From: an uncultured Candidatus Saccharibacteria bacterium
GTDB lineage: Bacteria; Patescibacteriota; Minisyncoccia; Phycocordibacterales; CAIRYW01
Length of the DNA stretch: 57,628 nt
Reading direction: 5' to 3'
Assembly: GCA_964554765.1 (NCBI GenBank)
Contig: CAZKPS010000002.1
Span: 63,808 to 121,435, forward strand
Under the pieces are notes generated by a model. That model worked only from the letters and a program-made list of their open reading frames with translations. It was not told where the DNA came from and ran no database searches. Made by a program: the position numbers and the translations under genes. Positions 17,939-27,530 of this stretch are shown here, one piece after another (position 1 is the first letter of the stretch; each line of letters begins with the position of its first letter).

Positions 17939-18250
17939 TTAATTATTAAATGCTTGTAAATATATCCGAGCCCTTATTATATCATCACTCAATCTCTTTT
18001 GTATCGCAGAATCCTGGGTCTTTAGGAACTCTGTAACTTCAGGGGTCTCCATAAGATTAACGAACTTTTCAAGTTCTTTAATATAAGCCAACCTCGGATC
18101 CGTAATCTCAACCCCTCCTACTTGCAACCAGAGTTTTTCTTCTGCAAGATTTGCCTCACCATCTTCAATACGAGCTAAAAGCACATCGAAATTACGACAA
18201 ATATTAGCAGCTCTCTTGTTATTCTCAAATGCAAACGGATCCGCTTCCAT
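17939..18250 (-). CDS. Hypothetical protein
   Basis: 103 aa ORF tightly packed between the folD and SIMPL genes. Confidence 0.4.
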   Translation of the reverse strand: MEADPFAFENNKRAANICRNFDVLLARIEDGEANLAEEKLWLQVGGVEITDPRLAYIKELEKFVNLMETPEVTEFLKTQDSAIQKRLSDDIIRARIYLQAFNN

Positions 18251-18252
18251 AA

Positions 18253-19107
18253 TTATATTTTTATTGCTTCACAGAGATTTTCAAACAAACTCGCTACAGT
18301 CATTGGTCCCACACCACCCGGCACTGGTGAGATTGCATAGACCAAATCCTTCACATCTTCAAACATTACATCGCCCACAAGTTTACGAGTCTCAACTTCT
18401 TCCAAAGTCTTACCTACCACACTGTTAGTCCCCACATCAACTATCACTTGCCCTTCTCTGACCATTTCCTTCGTGATAAGTCCTGCCCTCCCTACTGCCA
18501 CAACCACAATATCACTTTCTTTTACCACATCTTTGAGGTTTTCGGTTTTACTGTGGGCGATAGTGACCGTCGCATTTTCTTTAAGTAGAAGCATCGCCAT
18601 CGGTCGCCCCACAAGTAATGATCGCCCAATAACGAGAACCTTTTTACCAACCAATTCTATATTATATTCTCGAAGGAGAGACATTACACCTTTTGGTGTT
18701 GCAGGCACAATACCGGTATCATCTCCTTGAAATATTTTTGATTGGTTGAACGAATGTAGTCCATCAACGTCTTTCTTTGGATCTATTGTTTCGATAAGAC
18801 TTCTCTTGTCCAGATGTTCTGGAATTGGAAGCTGTAATATTATTCCGTGAATATTATTGTTGGTATTCAGTTCATTGATTTTTGCAACAACATCATTTTG
18901 AGAAACATCTATATTGAGAGTTATGTGTTCTACTTTGGCACCTATTTTATCTGCAAAGGCTTTCTTGTGTTTGATATAGATATTTGACTCTTCGATAGCT
19001 CCAATCTGGATAATTGCAAGTACTGGCATCACACTACTCCCCTCAATTCGCTTTTTGAGTTTTTCTGCTATTTCCCTACTTAGTTTTTTGCCATCGAGTA
19101 GTATCAT
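18253..19107 (-). CDS. folD: Bifunctional methylene-THF dehydrogenase / methenyl-THF cyclohydrolase
   Basis: MILLDGKKLS..YIKHKKKAF-type region..GIILQLPIP..VLVIGRSLLVGRPMAMLL..PVPGGVGPMT. Confidence 0.95.
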   Translation of the reverse strand: MILLDGKKLSREIAEKLKKRIEGSSVMPVLAIIQIGAIEESNIYIKHKKAFADKIGAKVEHITLNIDVSQNDVVAKINELNTNNNIHGIILQLPIPEHLDKRSLIETIDPKKDVDGLHSFNQSKIFQGDDTGIVPATPKGVMSLLREYNIELVGKKVLVIGRSLLVGRPMAMLLLKENATVTIAHSKTENLKDVVKESDIVVVAVGRAGLITKEMVREGQVIVDVGTNSVVGKTLEEVETRKLVGDVMFEDVKDLVYAISPVPGGVGPMTVASLFENLCEAIKI

Positions 19108-19181
19108 AAGGATAACTCTAGCATATTTTAAGTATAAAAAAAGGCGGTTTGCGAAAGCAAACCACCGAATCCGGCCACCAC

Positions 19182-19593
19182 TTAATCGTGAATAATGATT
19201 CGCTTGCTAACTGGGCAAAGAACAAAACTCAACCCTTTTGAAATCAATTCACCTAGGAGTACAGCAAACTCCTTTCGATTCTTGGGAATATCCATAACAT
19301 CTAAGGAAAGTTGAAACCAATCAACTTCCCTAAAAATGTGGCAAGACGGAGGTGTAAATTCCGAATTGCCATCAACTCGCCATAGTCGTATAACAAGGCC
19401 CCGATTCTCCTGTGAGATGTCTTGCCAGTTCCTCCTCAGTGACAAAGCCTCCTTGACTCCTTTTTGGAAACTCAAGACGAACCCCAGATTCGCCAAATGG
19501 AATTACAGACGGAAAAGGCAGGTCATCGATTGCATTTGCAAGATAGACGAGCAGTAATTTATGGTTTACACCTCTGAGATTGAATTTCGACAT
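19182..19593 (-). pseudogene. Two overlapping same-strand ORFs (73 aa and 104 aa) that would fuse into one about 136-aa protein with a 1-nt frame change
   Basis: ORFs 19372..19593 and 19182..19496 overlap in different frames. A gggg run lies in the overlap (..ggagaatcggggccttg..). Confidence 0.3.
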
Positions 19594-19887
19594 ACGATAT
19601 GGTTGTTAGTGAAAAAAAACAAATATCCAATATCTTGAGGTTTCCCTCTCGGATAGGTGAGCTCCGTTGTTGAAGCGCACCATCCCAAAAGCGAAATAAA
19701 AACACCAGCCCCTTTACAGGACTGGTGTTTTTGGAGATTACGCAAAATCACTAATCCTGTATAGGATTGTTCCAGAAATAGAACCCAAAGAAATTTCGTG
19801 TGACTTTTAACATAAGGTATAGAATACTCTCAAAATCAGAAAAGTCAAATCGATGGAATATTGAATATTGTATGTGGAATATAGTGA

Positions 19888-19907
19888 GATGCACGGCGCC
19901 GTGCATC
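19888..19907. repeat. GC-core palindromic hairpin family, copy 3 (shortened variant)
   Basis: gatgcacggcgccgtgcatc. Confidence 0.5.
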
Positions 19908-19933
19908 TTCCTTGGATACTTGTTACTTGAAAC

Positions 19934-19953
19934 CCTGCCTGCCGGCAGGCAGG
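19934..19953 (-). terminator. 20-nt perfect GC palindrome directly after the kinase stop
   Basis: cctgcctgccggcaggcagg. Confidence 0.5.
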
Positions 19954-19967
19954 TTGATTACTTACCC

Positions 19968-21326
19968 CTATTCTTTTGGCAATGAAATAAAGAATGTTGC
20001 CCCTTTTCCTTCCATTGATTCATACCATATCTTTCCTCGATGTTTTTCTACAATAAGTTTTGAGAAATAAAGCCCCAATCCTGTTCCTGATGAATGCGCA
20101 TCTCGAGCATTATTAGCTCGGAAAAACTTTTTGAACATATTCTCTCTTTGAGATTCTGGAACACCGATACCAGAATCCTTAATATAAATTGTGTGAGAAG
20201 TATTGGCATCAATATATCCTATTCGGATTGAACTTTTTTCTCCGGAATATTTTGCCGCATTGAGGATAATATTTGAGAACACTCTTCCTATTTTATTGTT
20301 ATCACACGGACAGTACACCTTATCAGGAACATTACCTTCATACACGACAGCGATTTCTTTTCGATGGAGCGCTTCTCCAACATCTGCAACAACACTCTTT
20401 ATAATATCCAAAAGATTATAGTCTCCTATAGAAAGCGACATCTCAGTATCCTGTTCAAGATGCCCCACATCGAGAAACTCCTCAACAAGCTCTGCGAATT
20501 CATCACTCTGCATCATCAAGTCTTTTACATACGAAGACTGATCGGCAGTCAAAATTCCAAAATCTTCATGTACCAACGCTCGAAGTCCTCCTTTCATCTT
20601 TGTTACAAATCCTCTAATCTCGTGTGACATAAATGATGTAAATTCTAATTTTACATTGTTGAGCTCATTTAATTTTTCACGAACTCTCATCTTATGAAAA
20701 ACAAACAAAAGCATCGCAAGAACAACAGCTACCACAAAAGGAAACAGGGAGACCAGTATAATATCCTTTATGAGTTTCGTTGCATCAATATCAATCCCAA
20801 CCATTGCTACTGGTAGTCCAGTCTTCACAGAGATAATAGGAGCAGATGCACTCACCCACCTTCCCCAAGCATCAGTATATGGATCCTCAGCAAAAGAAAC
20901 GCCTCGCAGGAAATTATCTATCTCATTTTTGGTAGTCTGTTCATACAACTCACCTGGTGGAGAATATGTATCACGTGACTCAGGACTCTCCGAATCGACA
21001 TAAAAGAAAAGCTTTTCTACATCTTGCCGATATCCCAGTATATACAAGAATCGTGAATCTTCATTAACAGATCTCAGATCAACCAATTTCTTCTTCAAGT
21101 AGATATAGTTTGGATTTAGCAGATCGGATTCATTACCCTGAAGACTTGTGAGCATATCAGAATCAAGTGTTCGTGCAATATTATCAACACGATTGATAAG
21201 TGCATTTTTTTCATTTTCATACACTATGTGTCCAAAATACCAAGAGATTACAGCACCTAAAATGAGAATAACGACAGTTTGAAAGATGACGAAGGATTTT
21301 GAATAAAATGAAAATCTATTATTCAT
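19968..21326 (-). CDS. Sensor histidine kinase (N-terminal TM, extracytoplasmic domain, TM, HisKA, HATPase_c); no response regulator adjacent
   Basis: FTSFMSHEIRGF (H-box); NIILNAAKYS (N-box); DSGIGV, GTGLGL (G-boxes). Confidence 0.85.
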   Translation of the reverse strand: MNNRFSFYSKSFVIFQTVVILILGAVISWYFGHIVYENEKNALINRVDNIARTLDSDMLTSLQGNESDLLNPNYIYLKKKLVDLRSVNEDSRFLYILGYRQDVEKLFFYVDSESPESRDTYSPPGELYEQTTKNEIDNFLRGVSFAEDPYTDAWGRWVSASAPIISVKTGLPVAMVGIDIDATKLIKDIILVSLFPFVVAVVLAMLLFVFHKMRVREKLNELNNVKLEFTSFMSHEIRGFVTKMKGGLRALVHEDFGILTADQSSYVKDLMMQSDEFAELVEEFLDVGHLEQDTEMSLSIGDYNLLDIIKSVVADVGEALHRKEIAVVYEGNVPDKVYCPCDNNKIGRVFSNIILNAAKYSGEKSSIRIGYIDANTSHTIYIKDSGIGVPESQRENMFKKFFRANNARDAHSSGTGLGLYFSKLIVEKHRGKIWYESMEGKGATFFISLPKE

Positions 21327-21456
21327 CCCGTTTAGAAGCAGGTCGCGATTGCCTCGCTTGTGCTTAAATTTATTTTATAAATACTTCGATCTGCTTTAAT
21401 CATTGTTTTATTTTTCAAAGTTAATCGTGACCGCGGCTTCTAACGGGATTCATATC

Positions 21457-22095
21457 TTACTGATTACAAAGAAGGTCGGGCCCTGAAAGATACCACTCTG
21501 CATCACCGCCAACTATCTTCATGCATATTCTAACTTTACCAATACAAGTCATCGTGCATGAATATCCACCGTAATTCTTGCGACCTTCCCATGAAAAGCA
21601 TCCGTTTGGATCTACAGCTACAGCACCATGATTTCTTCCTTCACCTGAATCATAAAAAGACAGTCGAGTATCTCCAGGTGAACAAGCAATGTATCCGCCG
21701 CCGTATACTTCATATGTATAACCACACTCACCATCACTTCTCATTACTGTACCGTCGGGACAAGCGCCACCTGGGAGATATTTAGGGGGTGTCACCCATC
21801 GTGTGTTTCCTATACCATCAGACACCAAAATCCTCCCCTCACCCTGTGTCCCATTTTTTATTTGTACTTTTCCCGTAAAAGTCGCTCCACCAAATGAAGC
21901 AAACCCTTGAACACCAAGACTACCCAATTTCCTTTGGGCTGATGAACCCTTATTTATCGGTGGTAGAGTATCTCCATCTGGACCACCGCTTGTCGGTGCA
22001 ACCCAAGAAGATGTAACATCACTTAGTGTGACAATAAGTGCAAATGCAGTTGATAATAGTATTAGAATTTTGGTTTTTTTGTTCATCTTTTTCAA
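21457..22095 (-). CDS. Secreted/anchored paralog A: conserved N-terminal module plus a Cys-rich C-terminal domain
   Basis: Signal/TM, then SWVAPT..PPINKGSSAQRKLGSLGV..FTGKVQIKNGTQGEGRILVSDGIGNTRW. C-terminal domain has C..PDG..C.Y..C.PGDTR..PNGC.SWEG..C..C. Confidence 0.6.
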   Translation of the reverse strand: MKKMNKKTKILILLSTAFALIVTLSDVTSSWVAPTSGGPDGDTLPPINKGSSAQRKLGSLGVQGFASFGGATFTGKVQIKNGTQGEGRILVSDGIGNTRWVTPPKYLPGGACPDGTVMRSDGECGYTYEVYGGGYIACSPGDTRLSFYDSGEGRNHGAVAVDPNGCFSWEGRKNYGGYSCTMTCIGKVRICMKIVGGDAEWYLSGPDLLCNQ

Positions 22096-22109
22096 AATAA
22101 GGCTCCTAT

Positions 22110-22700
22110 TTAATTATAGGTTGTCTTTGCACGACATTGCACAGCACATCCTGCACCACCGAAATTACTTGCACCCTCCCATCCAATACACCCATTTGGT
22201 TCAACAAGTGTAATTCCATGATTACCTCCTTTATGTCCACTTGTACCAGTATCTACAGCAGCAATACGTGTGTCTCCTGGTTTACAATATGATGCAACAC
22301 CAGTATTCACCCAGTACCCACAATATGGCAAACCACGATCAGTCATCTTGGTCGAACCTGGAGGACAATCCCCTAGACTCAGCTTGTGCACCGCCACTGG
22401 TTTAGCAGGGAGACGAGTCCATGTCGCGTTTCCAGCACTATCAGAAGTGAGTGCATAAAATTCTCTTTGTGTACCATCTGCGATTTTAAATCCACCAGTA
22501 AAAACACTGTTACCAAATACAGCAAACATACCACTAACGCCAAGTGTTCCGTTCTTGATCTGGTCCATTACGAGAGCAGTCACAGGCGCGTCAATACCTC
22601 CTGCTGGCGCAGGACGTGTTGGAGATTTCCATGCATAAATATTCAATGCTCCGAAGCAAAGCATTATCAAAACAAACAAAGATAAAATATATGTCTTCAT
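22110..22700 (-). CDS. Secreted/anchored paralog B: same N-terminal module plus a Cys-rich C-terminal domain
   Basis: AWKSPT..QIKNGTLGV..FTGGFKIADGTQ..LTSDSAGNATW; CPPGS..CGY..CKPGDTR..PNGCIGWEG..C..C. Confidence 0.6.
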   Translation of the reverse strand: MKTYILSLFVLIMLCFGALNIYAWKSPTRPAPAGGIDAPVTALVMDQIKNGTLGVSGMFAVFGNSVFTGGFKIADGTQREFYALTSDSAGNATWTRLPAKPVAVHKLSLGDCPPGSTKMTDRGLPYCGYWVNTGVASYCKPGDTRIAAVDTGTSGHKGGNHGITLVEPNGCIGWEGASNFGGAGCAVQCRAKTTYN

Positions 22701-22703
22701 AGA

Positions 22704-23039
22704 TTATTCAAGTCCCATCAAAATTTTATTTTTTTCTTCATCTGTCATTGTGTTTTTAGGCTTTGGAATAGAATTGAGCTGTCTTGCAGCATCAGTCGGA
22801 TTATACACCTTATCTGTTGATAAGTTTAAATCGTTTGCAATATTCATCTTTTGGGCCTGAGTCAAAGGTGCAGGTGTTTCAGGAACAATCACTGGGATAG
22901 GAGGAGGAACATCAGAATATATAGAGTACTCTTCATTAATGACCAATAAACTCCATATAATAATAAAACTCAAAACAACATAAATAAGAGTCTTAATAAA
23001 GATTTTTATGAAAGGTTTTGGTTCTGTGTGTATATCCAT
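22704..23039 (-). CDS. Membrane-anchored Pro-rich hypothetical protein
   Basis: 111 aa; one TM, then PPPIPVIVPETPAP. Confidence 0.45.
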   Translation of the reverse strand: MDIHTEPKPFIKIFIKTLIYVVLSFIIIWSLLVINEEYSIYSDVPPPIPVIVPETPAPLTQAQKMNIANDLNLSTDKVYNPTDAARQLNSIPKPKNTMTDEEKNKILMGLE

Positions 23040-23048
23040 AGATTAAAA

Positions 23049-23360
23049 TTATGGTAATGGTTTCCATGATGCATTTCCATCTTTGTCAGAGGTAAGATAT
23101 TTGCCTGCCCCTTGTGTTCCATCTGCAATTCTCACTCGTCCAGTAAATGCAGTATTACCTGTTACTAGAAAATTACCGTCGATTCCAAGTGGTCCTGCTT
23201 TTATTTGAGTATTGGACCCAACATTGATTGGCGTAGGAGCATCAGCAGTAGGTGGTGTTCCTGTGGGAGCAGTCCAAGAATAAATAATGTTTGCACCCAA
23301 AACAAAAGTTGCAATTGCAAGAATCGTTGAGACTATTTTTTTTAGATTATTTAAAAACAT
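23049..23360 (-). CDS. Secreted/anchored paralog C: N-terminal module only
   Basis: MFLNNLKKIVSTILAIATFVLG..SWTAPT..PINVGSNTQIKAGPLGI..FTGRVRIADGTQGAGKYLTSDKDGNASW. Start set at the internal ATG. Confidence 0.55.
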   Translation of the reverse strand: MFLNNLKKIVSTILAIATFVLGANIIYSWTAPTGTPPTADAPTPINVGSNTQIKAGPLGIDGNFLVTGNTAFTGRVRIADGTQGAGKYLTSDKDGNASWKPLP

Positions 23361-23488
23361 ATAAGATACAGCTCGACTTTTCAATAATATTATATCAAAA
23401 TAAAAAAATAATTTATACAACCACTGTTTATAACCGCAAAGCTAATATTATTTGTATTTGTACGTGAAAGGAATATAATTGCTATGTA

Positions 23489-23944
23489 ATGACACCTAAT
23501 TCCGAAAATTATATAGATACTACAGGACATCCTGACACATACGGTGATCTTTGGACCATTGCAGAAAATTGGACCAATCAAGGTCAACTAGATCCATTGG
23601 AGATTAAAAATAAGACGTCGCTTTTTCTTGACCCTGTACAGATTCAGGGGTCCATCCGTGGGAATGATCTATACGAACACTTGAAGCAAAAAAATATTTG
23701 TGTACTGAACGCGATAACATGGCAATATTTAAGATCACATCCAGGACTAATCCCTGAGGAATGGAAGACTGGAAGTAAGGGTAACGCTCAATACATCTTT
23801 TTCTGGGGAACAATCGATCGAAGTCCTGATGGTGATCTTTATGTAAGATATATTTCTTGGACGGGCGGAAACTGGGTATTTAGCAACTATCTTTTGGGAG
23901 GCAATTGGCACGAGGACTTCCCTGCCATAGTTATGATTAAATAA
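23489..23944 (+). CDS. Hypothetical protein
   Basis: 151 aa ORF followed by the hairpin accgccaaaaggcggt (23947-23962). Confidence 0.45.
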   Translation: MTPNSENYIDTTGHPDTYGDLWTIAENWTNQGQLDPLEIKNKTSLFLDPVQIQGSIRGNDLYEHLKQKNICVLNAITWQYLRSHPGLIPEEWKTGSKGNAQYIFFWGTIDRSPDGDLYVRYISWTGGNWVFSNYLLGGNWHEDFPAIVMIK

Positions 23945-24426
23945 AAACCGCCAAAAGGCGGTATGTTTGCGAGCATTTGCTCACTATCTGAATAGAGCCT
24001 CTTTCTTCGAGGCAATTCCTTCTTTTCAGGAACTTTTATTGTTCGATAAGTTTCAAACTTAAAAGTCTTAATTCCCCACTGATTGGTACCAATAAATTCC
24101 AGATGAATGACTTTTTCGCCAGGGGTTTTTGAAGGTAGCTCGGTCACACGAATCGTCACTTTCTTACTCAACTCAAATGATTCTTTGAACTCATCAGCTT
24201 GAATGATTTCGAGTGGCAGACCCCTCTCGTGGTCTCTAACATCTAACTGGACAGTACCCTTTTCCTTACCTTCCTTTATTTGAACCACATCATATACCCC
24301 TTTGAGAAATTGATAGTATTCCAAGGTATCAACTGGGGGGACCTTGACGTCGAGGCAACTATCACATTGATCAGCATAAGAGATTTGCAGGAAAGAAAAT
24401 ATTGCGAGAAATATATTTGTTTTCAT
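23887..24426 (-). CDS. Hypothetical secreted protein
   Basis: MKTNIFLAIFSFLQISYA signal-like start at the internal ATG. The 3' end overlaps the convergent gene by 58 nt. Confidence 0.4.
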   Translation of the reverse strand: MKTNIFLAIFSFLQISYADQCDSCLDVKVPPVDTLEYYQFLKGVYDVVQIKEGKEKGTVQLDVRDHERGLPLEIIQADEFKESFELSKKVTIRVTELPSKTPGEKVIHLEFIGTNQWGIKTFKFETYRTIKVPEKKELPRRKRLYSDSEQMLANIPPFGGFYLIITMAGKSSCQLPPKR

Positions 24427-24470
24427 AGTAGGTGCTCCTAAGTAAAATTGTATACCTGACACACCAATAG

Positions 24471-24962
24471 TCAAATAAATCTTAAGAATGTATACCCTAC
24501 ACCTTTTGACAATATCTCTCTATCAGATAGTTCAGGCCTACTGAGACGATATCTCATTAGTATTATTTGCTTCAGTGATTCAGTATCTTTTATATTATTC
24601 ATTGAGTATTCAAATATTTTTGGGTCTAATGATTCGTACATAATATTATTCCCCACCTCAACACATTCAGCAAAATAAATATCTTCGTATGAAAGAAGTG
24701 GCAGCACCGCTTCCCCGTTCTTTTCATAGCCATTTCTTATTATTTTTGGGAGTGCATATTTTTCACCCACTCTATGCGATGTTGATTCGAGATTGAAATG
24801 TGTAAAATATTTTTTTGTCCCATCTATATTATTGTATTCTGACTGGTGAATTCGAATATGTGAAAACACCCCTAAACTTTCAAAGAGATTTCTCATCTCA
24901 ACCAATTCTTCTTTGTTATCTCTTAAGACAAGTATTTGTGATTGTGGTTTCATGGTATGCAA
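24471..24962 (-). CDS. Hypothetical protein
   Basis: 163 aa ORF with a 4-nt overlap to the downstream gene. Confidence 0.4.
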   Translation of the reverse strand: MHTMKPQSQILVLRDNKEELVEMRNLFESLGVFSHIRIHQSEYNNIDGTKKYFTHFNLESTSHRVGEKYALPKIIRNGYEKNGEAVLPLLSYEDIYFAECVEVGNNIMYESLDPKIFEYSMNNIKDTESLKQIILMRYRLSRPELSDREILSKGVGYTFLRFI

Positions 24963-25030
24963 AGGAAGTGAATTAAATAGACCTATATTTTAACACCATA
25001 AGTTTGATTCTCTCTAGCCTCTACCTACAG

Positions 25031-25076
25031 TGATAAAAAACAAAACACCCTGCAGAGGGTGTTTTGTTTTTTATCA
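25031..25076. terminator. Bidirectional hairpin terminator
   Basis: tgataaaaaacaaaacaccctgcagagggtgttttgttttttatca. Confidence 0.6.
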
Positions 25077-25211
25077 TGGGCGACTTCAGGTTCACTAATT
25101 TTCTATTTATGGATAAGAGGATTATGGATGAATTGGAGGAGAAGTTAGACTTTATCCGTAATTTCCAAATAAAGGATTATTAGGAAAGGGTAAAGGATAG
25201 ATTGGCCAATA

Positions 25212-25925
25212 TCAACCTATTTTACCAATCTCTTCCTTACGAAATATAACCTTAGGCACTTCATCAGGTATCCCTGACAAATTCACCCTTATATCTTCGC
25301 AATTTTCCATCCCTCCACCTAATTCATTCAAGGTTTTGCCCGTGATTTGGTTAAGAAAAGCTGCTTGTGGAACCTCATGTGTAATGGCAAGATAGTAAAT
25401 TTTTCTTCCTTCTGGCAGTCCTTCTGATACCCTGTTTGAAATCCGCACGATTTTATTTAATCTCTCTGCAATATTTTCTGGCTCCTTTCCTTCTAAGACA
25501 TTCGGATTTTGTAGCCAGTATTCAACAGGATCCTCAATTCCTTCTTTTGCGAGTGGACCGATCACACCCCCAGCTTGAATTGATTGTCTAGTACGCGAGA
25601 TCAAAATATCAACATTTTCTATATGTTCTTGTGCAATTCGTTCTCTTATTGTACCTTCCATAATACTTTGTGTTTCTTGCGCCCTTCTAACTGGACTGGT
25701 AAGAAATTTGATCAAACCTCCGCCATTTTGCACAATCTCACTTAGTATCTCTATAGCTTTTTCTTTTGCGTGCTCCCTACCTATCTGTGTCAAAGCCGCA
25801 TCAATACTTTGATCTTCCGCTTCTGCATGACGAATAAAGCGAAGCTCAACTTCACGACCCTTATCTTTTTCCATTCCTTCAATATCTGAAGAATGATCTG
25901 GACCCTTTGGTAATTCCTCAATCAT
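25212..25925 (-). CDS. Histidine phosphatase (phosphoglycerate mutase-like) family protein
   Basis: ELRFIRHAEAED (RH[AG]E catalytic motif)..SPVRRAQET..ITHEV. Confidence 0.7.
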   Translation of the reverse strand: MIEELPKGPDHSSDIEGMEKDKGREVELRFIRHAEAEDQSIDAALTQIGREHAKEKAIEILSEIVQNGGGLIKFLTSPVRRAQETQSIMEGTIRERIAQEHIENVDILISRTRQSIQAGGVIGPLAKEGIEDPVEYWLQNPNVLEGKEPENIAERLNKIVRISNRVSEGLPEGRKIYYLAITHEVPQAAFLNQITGKTLNELGGGMENCEDIRVNLSGIPDEVPKVIFRKEEIGKIG

Positions 25926-27382
25926 ATAGTTAATATCACTTCTCCTGTCTCACCATTCAAAGTAACAGTGTCATTATCTTTGATAATTTTAGTCCCGTTT
26001 TTTGTACCTGTAATACATGGGATTTTAAATTCCCTTGAAATTATTGCTGCATGACTAGTTATTCCTCCCTCATCTGTGATAATACCCTTTGCAAGTTTAA
26101 TTATTGGAAGCAACTCTACTGTTGTCATACGGGTAACTAAGATATCATCTTTATTAAACTTTTGAATATCTTTCTGAGAGATGATAATCTTTGCTTTGCC
26201 GCTAACTGTTCCATTGAATGCAACAGCTCCTTTAATTTGCTTGTTATTAGATGAATGATCCCGTTGTTCCACTTTTTCTATTAATCCCTCCGCTTCTTCC
26301 CCTTCCGTAATTGTAAATATTCCGTCTTTGAATAACAAAAAAGATGCAGACATTCTTTTATTTAGCTTTTTCTTTGAAAGAAACTCACCTTTTATCATCA
26401 GATGGTGCACTTCCTCTGGTTGGAGCCATTTCACATCTTCAGAAGTAAGATTGCGGCGCCTCCCTATTTCACCAAAGAGCTTCTTGCTTAAGTGATGTGA
26501 GATCGCAAAAGTGTTTCTTGCTGTTAAACGAATCCATGTCGCAAGCGATATATACTCAAACAAATAGGCAATATCCTCAGACATTTGTAACTTTTTAATT
26601 AGTTCAGTCTTGTCCTTTTTTACCTTCTTAGAATATTTCTCAAGTGTACTGATTTTCTCCCTTATCTCATTAGAAGAATAGTTGCTTAACTCTTCAAGTT
26701 TTTTTAGAAAATGACTCTCGTCCCAAGATTTCACTTCGTCACTGATAACCGGCAAACCCCCAAAGAGAAATGTATGGAGTTTAAGTAATTTATCTTTTTT
26801 TGTATCTGAAAGCCTATTGTTCTTTAGGAGATGGCTAATTTTAAATAGAGCAAGTTCCTCTTCTTGAATAAGAGTGTACTCAGGCCAAACAGAAAGTCTG
26901 GCATATATTTCATCAAACTGACTCGTATTCTCTTTCAATGCTTGTTTTAGCCATGCTGTTGTTTTCACCTCACATGTTTCCGTATGAAGACTAAGATTGA
27001 AAGATGGGTACAGCAACTTATAAGCATCACAGAAGCGATCATAAAGATTCAACAATTTTTTATCAGAAACTTTTCCTAGGTCCGTTTTCTCTAAGTAGCG
27101 ACTTATCTTTAAAAGCCTTTTGCGATCTTTTTCAAAAACTTTGCGAACTTTGCCAATAAAAGAAGGATGGTCCTTAATCACTGACTCTATCTGAAGACTT
27201 ACCTTCCTTGTGTCCTCCGGATCTGTCCATTGAGTGAATTTCATTCCTCTTCTTGTAGTAAGCCTATGTTGTATTGAACACCCAAAGACCTGCCCCATAT
27301 ATCCCACAGAGGAGATAAACATATAGTTCTTCCAAAAATCAGATTCCCGTTCCACAAGCTTTACCCACTTTGTTTCTTCCAT
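25922..27382 (-). CDS. Protein with an unknown 380-aa N-terminal region and a C-terminal PEP-utilising-enzyme mobile (swivelling phosphohistidine) domain
   Basis: C-terminus: DDILVTRMTTVELLPIIKLAKGIITDEGGITSHAAIISREFKIPCITG. 4-nt overlap with the downstream phosphatase gene. Confidence 0.7.
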   Translation of the reverse strand: MEETKWVKLVERESDFWKNYMFISSVGYMGQVFGCSIQHRLTTRRGMKFTQWTDPEDTRKVSLQIESVIKDHPSFIGKVRKVFEKDRKRLLKISRYLEKTDLGKVSDKKLLNLYDRFCDAYKLLYPSFNLSLHTETCEVKTTAWLKQALKENTSQFDEIYARLSVWPEYTLIQEEELALFKISHLLKNNRLSDTKKDKLLKLHTFLFGGLPVISDEVKSWDESHFLKKLEELSNYSSNEIREKISTLEKYSKKVKKDKTELIKKLQMSEDIAYLFEYISLATWIRLTARNTFAISHHLSKKLFGEIGRRRNLTSEDVKWLQPEEVHHLMIKGEFLSKKKLNKRMSASFLLFKDGIFTITEGEEAEGLIEKVEQRDHSSNNKQIKGAVAFNGTVSGKAKIIISQKDIQKFNKDDILVTRMTTVELLPIIKLAKGIITDEGGITSHAAIISREFKIPCITGTKNGTKIIKDNDTVTLNGETGEVILTI

Positions 27383-27530
27383 ACAATTGCAGTATATCAG
27401 AAAAATAGTGTCTCAGTTATACCTACTAAACTAGTCTTAATTTCTTGGGGTCGCGTGGTCGCGCGTGTTAGAAAAATATTCGAGGAGAACGACGATGCAA
27501 CAGTTTACATTCCGAGCTTCAAGAATTGCT

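Noticed and set aside
23887-23944. The 58-nt convergent overlap of two genes could be a regulatory antisense arrangement.
   Set aside because: It is more likely that the minus-strand ORF's last codons are fortuitous read-through across the plus-gene terminator region. There is no supporting feature.
25076-25183. A 35-aa ORF (MGDFRFTNFLFMDKRIMDELEEKLDFIRNFQIKDY) in the 250-nt spacer.
   Set aside because: It starts inside a terminator hairpin, and it has no SD and no motif.
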